Assembly (NCBI RefSeq): GCF_006345805.1
Contig: NC_043009.1
Span: 4,650,001 to 4,714,000 of the forward strand
Length of the DNA stretch: 64,000 nt
Direction of reading: 5' to 3'
DNA from: Octopus sinensis
Taxonomy: Eukaryota
Made by a program: the position numbers and the translations under genes. Below are positions 55,561 through 64,000 of the stretch, piece by piece; positions within the stretch are counted from its first letter, which is position 1, and every line of letters begins with the position of its first letter. The notes beneath the pieces were generated by a model. The model was not told where the DNA came from and made no database searches. It saw only the letters and a program-made list of their open reading frames with translations.

Positions 55561-57199
55561 TAGAGATGGGTTCATTCTATAAATTGTGTGTAATCATTGT
55601 AAAGCTGTCGAGAAATAAACACCACACGAAAACACAATTGAACAACGTATAAAAGTGAGTGGTAAATAATACCTAACCACTCATGAATAAATCCCATACT
55701 TCGGCCATGTTGTCTGTGAGAGCACCAACTCTTCGAAATTATATTTCCGATCATATAAACCACTTTGAATATTATTTTAGCAAGTTTAGATTTATTTTCT
55801 TTTCTACCGTAAGCCATTTACCATTTCTGTGGTGCTCCCCCAACACCTTTCGCTTCATGCCCTGAGGACGTGCTTGTTTTGCTTAATAGTTAATCCAGCG
55901 CTGCTTGTAAGTAAAATTAGAACACAGGACCCTTGTAAAACCATTTGAGTGGATTGTGTAACTAATTCAAAATGTGCTGTTTTGACGCAAATTATTTTGG
56001 CAAAATTGTCTGTCGCTGATTCCTCATAAGAATAGTCAGTTCAGGTGGAATTAGTTCAGTTGAACGAACGATGGAATGCTTAGTGAGAGAAATCCGCCAT
56101 GTACCTGTTGTTATATTTATCTAACTAATGAAATAATTACTCTACAATATATATTTTATTCATAACCACATAAAGTATAGTGTGTGGGGAAAATATTTTC
56201 TCAAGCAATCATTTCTAAATAGTATTCAGATATTTCTGAAAGATAAACAATGGCCATGTTGCAATTTAGATTGATTTCAAAGTATCGAAACGTTTCCCTT
56301 CTTAATTGCGTGGCATCTTGGGCAAGTGTATTCTACAATAGCCTCGGGTCGACCAAAGCCTTGTGGGTGGGTTTGGTAGACGGAAACTGAAAGAAGCCCG
56401 TCACGTATATTACTTCAGGTTTCAACAGAAATTATCCTATGTTTTTAGATTGTTCGTTTTAAAGCTTAATTGTAATTAAAGAAGTGTCTAGAAAGTAAAT
56501 TAAGCTATGTCATCAAGAATGGGAACAGAGAACAATCAAATCAGAATATATGGTCTTCAGTCAAGTATACAATACTAATATAGAGATTAAGAACTTTAAT
56601 TAATTGTGAATAATTAAACTTTGATAATAGTCGTTGATCCATTTGGTTTCGAACATTTTGTTTTTAAATCTAGGTGTTTAAAACTCATCAAAATATTTAA
56701 TAATTCCACTGGAAAGTGAACAATAACAAGTTATTGGCTACTTAAATCTAATAATTTTATTTCAACGGCAGTTCAGCTAAGTTGGGTGGGTGGGGTCTCT
56801 ATGTGTTTGCTCGACCTCTGTTAGCAGCAGCATAGAAATTGTCTGCAAAATCACACACTACATCTTAAAAATAGAAGAACGCATTGGATATTATATCTGA
56901 ATAAAGAAGACACATTAGTCATGACTAAACATAGTTCTCCTCGATTAGAACTGACCTCGGGCTGAACAACAACAACAACAACAACTCCATAAACAGTGGG
57001 ACTAATATCTAAGATAGAACTTAAAGTCTGCAAATTCTTATAAACGTTGCAATCACAGCACTTTATTTCCTATTCATTATAGGTACAATTTGTTTGTTTT
57101 TTTTTTCTTTTTCGAATCTACAATGGTGGAATTGCAGAATTCTTTCAAATCTAATGGTCATATAAAATGATCGATTCCTGAAGTGCTTGTTTCTCTGGC

Positions 57200-57740
57200 A
57201 TTTAAGAAATCGATAACTGCATGACCTTTCGTATTTCCAAGAGAAGAAATAGAAAAAAAAAAAAATTCTCCTATAAAGACATGTACCAAAGTTAGAGTAT
57301 TAGTCAATACAATGCAAACAAGTGACGCATATTGCTGTATTAGGATAACATATGGAATCCTAATAAACTGGTAGTGAACTACCTTGGTCATAGTCTGTCC
57401 ATAGAGAATTTCACAGCAAGGGTGAAAGTAATAAGTTTGAGATTTGTAGAGGTTAAGCATTTGGTTCTTACTTTTCGTCTGACAGTAAGGAAACGAAAAG
57501 AAGGGTAGATAGGCGTGAAAAGAAAACTTTAGCAATGTTACTTGGATTGGTGGTGACTGTATGGCCGAAAAATTCACATTGGGAGATTGGGTGGGCAGTG
57601 TGTTGTTGAGAGAGGGAGAGGAAGTGAAAGAGAAAGTGAGAGGTTTTGTAAGCTTCAGAAAAGCCAGGTGTGTGATGTGGAGGAAGGAAAGAAATGCTAA
57701 AGAATTATGGTGGGGATGAGAGAACAAGTATGTCATACGA
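57200..57740 (-). mobile_element. Degraded CR1/Jockey-like LINE fragment (explains ORF 57158-57736)
   Basis: QMLNLYKSQ matches the LLxLYKxQ post-RT motif; SNIAK upstream in a shifted frame. Confidence 0.5.
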
Positions 57741-59321
57741 CTGTAAAGACCGGCATAAAAATTTCAAGGGAGGTGACTATAGAGAAACCATTAAGTGGTG
57801 GCATAGACACATATAATACAAATATTCATAGATGTAGGCATTTATGTGAATCGACGAGCAGAAATAGATTTACTTATTTTGTTTTAATTATAAATGATAT
57901 AAATAACTTAGAATGAAGAAAAGAGAGAAGAAAAAGAACGAAATGGTTTTCGTTTAGTAGCACAAACAATTAGCAAGTTTCTTTGCTACTCTGTGCTAAA
58001 GAAGCATTTATAGAATTGATTTATTTCTTGCAGGTTGTTCATGAACACGAGTAATGATAATTAATCACCGAACATTATTAATCCTCTTAATTAGGTAATA
58101 TGAAATTTTATTTAAATCCAATCTGTAGTTATTTCGAAAACATTCAAACTTATATCTTAAAATACATAATCATAAAACTAACTTCTAATTCCTAAAAATT
58201 ACTGGCCTTATATCTATATTTGAAAACTTCATTATCATTATTCAAGCGGAATTTCGTTCACCTTTACGTTCTGAGTTCGAATTCGTCGATTTCAACTTAG
58301 CCTTTCATCCTATCGTGGTCGATTGAATAAGTCTCAGTCAAGCAATGGATTCGATGTAATCGACTATTCGCCCCCTTTGAAATTTCAGGCCACGTGTCTT
58401 TAATATTCAGAAGTATTATTATTATTACTAAACAGCAAGCTGGCAGAAGCGTTAACACGCCGAGCAAAATACTTAGCATTTCACGCTTCTTTTGGTTCTC
58501 AGTTCAAATCCCGATAAGGTTGACTTTGCCTTTCGGCGTTTCTGGTCGGTAAAATGAGTACCAGTTGCGCACTGGAGGTAGCGGTATCAGATTATCATCC
58601 TCCCTTCAAATGTCAGGTCTTGTATCTACAGTAGATGGGATCATTACTGTTGTTATCTTAATAAGATCTATTGTGATGTTATTATCAGATCTGTATGTGT
58701 GGCACATAGTAAAGCGTTGAGTCGTAGTGAATTTCGTCGGTTGATGATCGAGTTCAAATTCAGCCAGTCGGCTTCGACATATTAATTGGTCTGAAGGAAA
58801 TATTTACTATATTAAGTTCAACAGAGTACAGTTAATCCAACGCATCATAAATGTGTGCAAATGTACAAATTATACCATGTATAATAAATTTATATATGGC
58901 CTCGTGGTCGACATCCGACCGAGGTTCACCAAAACGGATACCTTTAGGATCTTTGAACAATTCTTTACCACTCAGACTACGAGGAGGAGAAACAGGAGAG
59001 AAAGAAGCCACGTAATTTTGAAGTTATGTGCAGACTAAATCTGATCTGCTTTGTTCCTCTACCAAATAACTCGTATGCCACAAAGCTTATGTTCTGCCAG
59101 ACACCTCACTTCCTTGTATAAGGAAGGTCAATCTAGGTACAAATGATGATGTGTAACCCAGTAAACTTGTCTCATAATCGGTCCGGTGACTAAATCGGCA
59201 ATTCTACGAAGCCTGCTTCGTGTGGAGGGTGTTTGTTTCTGACACGTTTCAGAATGAAAAGCATTAACAGTCAACAGACGCCCAAATGTGAATGGGTGCG
59301 TACATTTACACATGATTGAGG

Positions 59322-60187
59322 GGATCTATTCAATTCGACGGACAGATTTTATAATTAATTTCTTTTAAAAACTAAACACTTTGAAACTACGGATACTAGT
59401 AGAATGTGTCACATAGAACAGCGTTTACTCTTAACGTTTTTGACAAAATTTTGTATTTTAGAAGTTATTTCGTGTTAAAATTGTTCGATTTTGGGTAATT
59501 TGAACTAATCAATGATGTGTATTCAGCTGAAGAAAATTACTGCTGCTGTTTGCGAACAACAACTTCCAGGTCCATACCAATGAAAGAGCCTCTACCTGGT
59601 TGCTCGACACGCTAAAATAGCAGCCAAAGTATCCCCTACCTAAATCACATACAGGCAACGTCGTTGGTCTGTCTCAGTAATAATTTTGTTGTTATTTAGC
59701 CTCAAATCAACCCTAATACAGCAATCCTATCATGAAATACATTCCAGCCTTCAGCAAACCATCTTTTTAGGGATATTCTTGGACATTACGTAATATGAAT
59801 TTTTATTTAAATCCAATTCGTAGTTATTTCGAAAACATTTTATGTTTTCGAAATAACTACGTGTGATTTAGTTAGGGGAATAGATACTTTGGCTGCTATT
59901 TTTAGCGTGTCGAGCGAGTAGGTAGAGGCTCCTTCGTTGGTATGGACCCGGAAGTTGTTGTTCGCAAACAGCAGCAGTAATTTTCTTCAGCTGAATAAAC
60001 GTCATTGATTGGTTAAAATTACCCAAATACGACAATTTTAACATGAAATAGCTTCTAAAATATCAAACTGTCAAAAACGTGAAGAGTAAACCCTGTTCTA
60101 TGTGACACATTCTACCAGTCTCCGTAGTTTCAAAGTGTTTAGTTAAAAAAATCAAAAAAAAATCTGTCCGTCAAATGGAATAGATCC
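59322..60187. mobile_element. 866-bp foldback element with ~330-bp inverted arms, GGATCT termini and perfect 8-bp TSD
   Basis: Arms ~59322-59650 and ~59862-60187. TSD GATTGAGG at 59314-59321 and 60188-60195. Confidence 0.85.
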
Positions 60188-60694
60188 GATTGAGGTAACC
60201 ATAAATCATAGGCATTTTATAGTAGAAGGAAAACATCAATACATATATATGCACACATATACATATATTTGCGTCCTCAGTTTGTTTCGTAAGATGTATT
60301 GGAGCTCACGAAACTTCTTTGTCAACAGTAATTTCTTACATTCGTTCTCCATCTTTATGGAGAACGAATGTGAGAAAGGGAAAAAATTACCTAAGTACAG
60401 GTGTCGTACTTCCTTTGTGGTATTTCCTTTCCTGACACTGAAAGCGGACCACGTCAAGTTCAACTCGCCGATATTTGACCTCAGAGTGCAAAGGGCCGGA
60501 TTGAATACTACAAGTATTCACACACACACATTTCTATGTATATATTTATGTACGTATGGACGTATGTATGTGTGAGTATCTATGTTCTTTTTCTTCTTTC
60601 TTTTTACTCTTTGTTCGAATTTTTCTGAGAAGCAAGAATATTAGTTTTTAGCATAGAAGCAAAGTACCAACACTGCGATTTTGGAAACAACCAT

Positions 60695-61119
60695 GGATTT
60701 TTTCGGTTTGAACGGCAGTTTTTAACATAATTTCTAGGTAACTAAAAACATTTAAACCTCGTATACTGGTAGAATGTGTTCATAAAACATCTTTTTCTCT
60801 TGGCTTTATTGAGAAAATTCTATAGTTTATAAGATATTTGTTCTTTTTTTTCTTCAATTTCTGCAATTTCAACCAATCAGTGACGTCTATTGAGTTAAAA
60901 AACACTCTGTGCCGTATGAATATGTCCCTCGTTTAAGAAACAGATCGGGTTTATTTACATTTGTGAAGAAAAAAAGATACCCTTCCCCCACCTCTAACCC
61001 TAACTAACCCTAACCCTAAAAGAGATTGAAATGCAATAGATCGATTTTAGGGTCATAATTATGGGTGACAATTTCATATGACACCGCTAGAAAAACTGCC
61101 GTTCAAACCGAAAAGATCC
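60695..61119. mobile_element. Second copy of the same MITE, inverted relative to 25973-26403
   Basis: Same TIRs and body. TSD ACAACCAT/ACAACAAT. Confidence 0.85.
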
Positions 61120-61139
61120 ACAACAATTATAATTGTTAC

Positions 61140-61960
61140 TGTTTCATGATGAACATAAGAAATGTCTAGTTTATTTTTGCAGTTCCATTTCCAGATTAAA
61201 TTTGTAAATAGCGTTTTTAGCAGGTCACTTAAACATTTACTAACATAATCAAGTGCACCAATAATTAATGGGATACATTTGAAATTGCAGCCAGAGTAGA
61301 AAAGCATTAGATTTCCAAGCAGTTATCCATAAATATTTACTTTCTTCCTGATTTAGATTATGCTTTCCCACTCTTCAGGGTATTTAATATCCACGACTAT
61401 AAATTAATTTTTTTCTTTTCTGTTTGCAATTTGTAGGATTTTTTATGCTGATGTTCCATCAATATTCTTTGTTTTTCAATGCATATATGTTTTCAGTAAC
61501 AGGTGTGTTGTTTATATTTATTCCAGGACAGTCTTTTCTGTGAATAACATAGTGCATTGTTTTAGCAAGTACAACAGCTTAACGTAAATATAATCGATAT
61601 TTACGGCTGTATCTTGGGAGTTTAAGGGTTTTATTTTCTCGTTTGTTCATTAAATATTTCGTAGCTTTCTACTGCTTCTGCATTGCAAAAGTATAAACTT
61701 CAGGGTTTGCCATGATGTAATGTTCATGAGGCCAGGAGAAGCTACACTTCAATTTAAGAATATCATCCGCCTCGTGTTTAGGGGAATCATACCTACGCAT
61801 CACATTATTTTGTGGCACGCAGAATCTTTCTTTTCCAAGTATTTGCTGAGGTATACCACTCCTTTCCTTATCGTTTTACATAGGGAATCATTAGGGAATG
61901 AATGTTTCTTGAGGATTTCACATCCGACTCGCAGGATATTATTCACAGCATTTTTGAGCG
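61140..61960 (-). mobile_element. Degraded Dong/R4-like (RLE endonuclease) LINE C-terminus
   Basis: Minus-strand EVYTFAMQ..ATKYL, KEY*WNISIK, IVVDIKYP and FKCIPLIIGALDYVSKCL, in the order expected for R4-clade ORF ends. Confidence 0.65.
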
Positions 61961-61974
61961 CTTACTTGATATTG

Positions 61975-62820
61975 TCTCCCCAACATTGCTTGTCAACCGA
62001 TGCTGGTATGTCCCCGTAACTGAACGGTTCGGCAAAAGACATCGAAAGAATAAGACGGCGAGCTGGCAGAAACGTTAGCACGCCGGGCGAAATGCCTTGT
62101 GGTATTTCGTCCGCCGCTGCGTTCTGAGTTCAAATTCCGTCAAGGTCGACTTTACCTTTCATCATTTCGGGGTCGATAAATTAAGTACCAGTTACGCACT
62201 GGCGGTTGATGTAATCGACTTAATCTGTTTGTCTGAACTTGTTTGTCCCCTCTATGTTTAGCCCCTTGTGGGTAGTAAAGGAGAAGAAAAAGAAGGCGGT
62301 GAGCTGGCAAAAACGTTAGCACGCCGGGCAAAATGCGTAGCCGTATTTCGTCTGCCGTTACGTTCCGAGTTCAAATTCCGCCGAGGTCGACTTTGCCTTT
62401 CACCCTTTCGGAGTCGATAAATTAAGTACCAGTTACGCACTGGTCTCGATATAATCGACTTAATCCGTTTGTCTGTCCTTATTAGTCCTCTCTGTGTTTA
62501 GCCCCTTGTGGGTAGTAAAGAAATAGGTATTTCGTCTGCTGTTACGTTCTGAGTTCAAATTCCGCCGAGGTTGACTTTACCCTTCAACCTTCTGGGGTCG
62601 ATAAATTAAGTACCAGTTACACACTGGAGTCGATGTAATCGACTTAATCCGTTTGTCTGTCTTTGTTTGTCCCATCTGTGTTTAGCTCCTTGTGGGCAAT
62701 AAAAAAATAAGAATAAGTACTAGACATTCAACGAATAAATCCTGGTGTCGATTTGCTCGTCTAAAGGCAGTGCTCCCGCATGGCCACAGTCAAATAACTG
62801 AAATAAATAAAAGAATAAAA
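61975..62820 (+). mobile_element. 3' half of a family A SINE interrupted by a family B trimer
   Basis: Family A sequence stops at GAATAAG (62054) and resumes at GAATAAGTACT (62711). Confidence 0.8.
62055..62708 (+). mobile_element. Head-to-tail trimer of tRNA-like SINE family B, third unit 5'-truncated
   Basis: Units GGCG.GCTGGCAGAAACGTTAGCACGCCGGGC...GAGTTCAAATTCC...CTTTCATCCTTTCGGGGTCGATAAATTAAGTACC. TSD AAGAATAAG at 62046-62054 and 62709-62717. Confidence 0.85.
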
Positions 62821-63688
62821 GTATATAGACTTGCACACACACTCACACACACGCACACTCACACACACACACACAGACACACACACACACAGACACACAC
62901 ACACACACACGTACACACACTTATACAGAAGGGGATATATATTGTTTCATTGAACTTCCTGGTGCCAAAATTATATACTCTCCAAACAAGAACTTAATCA
63001 TGATGATGCTGATGATTTAGTGCCGAACCGAATAGCATAGTAATTTTTGTTAAAGGAAACGACAATTGTTAAACTCGGCACCAGCAACTACTGAAGCGGC
63101 CTATGTGGGGGTTCTGTATAAGGCAGTGTAGTAGTTAGTTAATCAGTACACGCTAGGATGAGTCTAGTTAAGAGTGGGAGTCGGGTCATTAGTAAGGTTA
63201 AGTATGCCTTCGAGCCAAAAAGCGCAGAATGGGTCACTAAAACACACTAACTCTTCCATACAGAACAACTTAAATAAGTTAATATGTGCATAGCTTATTC
63301 AACCTTGAACGGAAGAAAATATAACTAAACAAAATAAAACGTGAACATAAACAGATAGAAATGAACGTTAAAAAAGGCATAAAACAAGGCGTAATATTTT
63401 TTTAAATATGTCAAAATAGTCTCACGAAAAAAAAACACAAAATGTAAAAAGAAAGTAAAAACATGATAGAACAAGAAAAAAACAAAGAAAATTTACTCAA
63501 CGGTAACAACAAAAACAAGGAACAAAATAATTGAGCTCTTGAAGTTCGTTTATTTTTCTAAATTAACCAACACACACGCACACATGTTTATATATATATA
63601 CATACATATATATGTGTGTGTATATAGGTGTATATATATATATGTATATATATGTACGTATATATGTATATATATATATGTATGTATG

Positions 63689-63729
<41 letters not shown>

Positions 63730-64000
63730 TATATATATATGTATGCATGTATATATATACACACATATATGTCTATGCACATATATAACAATAAACAAAG
63801 TATTGTAAAAACAAAAAAAAACTTGAAGCTAGACTTGTTGATGAGAAAGCGTGGTGGTACTTGTTGCATTTAGTTTTTAAGCTCAACACATTTTAAGGCA
63901 AACAAGCAACGCACAGCTCTGAACGATGTGTTATAATTAATGCTTATTTTACACCGGCATTGTTTGTAAAACATTCAAACAATGTGTCAAAATTGCCACC

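Noticed and set aside
57158-57736. 192-aa minus-strand ORF and an apparent 7-nt micro-exon within it
   Set aside because: Better explained as a degraded LINE (QMLNLYKSQ motif); pyrimidine-rich composition keeps the frame open.
62055-62708. Regularly spaced repeats as a CRISPR-like array
   Set aside because: Whole ~230-nt units are homologous SINE copies with no unique spacers; eukaryotic context.

Overview
AT-rich, microsatellite-dense eukaryotic DNA. The SINE families and (TA)n/(CA)n load point to an octopus or other coleoid cephalopod (inference). No prokaryotic features, rRNA, intact tRNA genes or CRISPR arrays were found, and nearly all ORFs in the supplied track are microsatellite artefacts. 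One spliced gene can be assembled on the + strand from five phase-compatible GT-AG exons (5828-5902, 18632-18781, 24237-24337, 25632-25743, 27276-27478), plus an optional in-frame 30-nt exon at 20599-20628. It encodes the C-terminal ~215 aa of a Cys-rich extracellular protein ending in a GPI-signal-like tail; its 5' exons were not found. The rest is transposon-derived: at least four tRNA-headed SINE families, degraded LINEs (RTE, CR1/L2-like, Dong/R4-like), Helitron-like elements and a GG-terminal DNA transposon family with 8-bp TSDs (Merlin-like). The main unannotated signal is six type I hammerhead ribozyme motifs in unrelated contexts, all with a self-complementary stem III: 12681-12751 (+), 39793-39841 (+), 50933-51040 (-), 25170-25211 (-), 53239-53273 (-) and 22173-22208 (-, variant core). 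One fills the start of the interior of a 291-bp element with 70-bp inverted repeats, in sense orientation inside an intron. Another is the 3' end of a tRNA-headed element preceded by an inverted copy of its own 3' end. All folding and alignment was done by eye.
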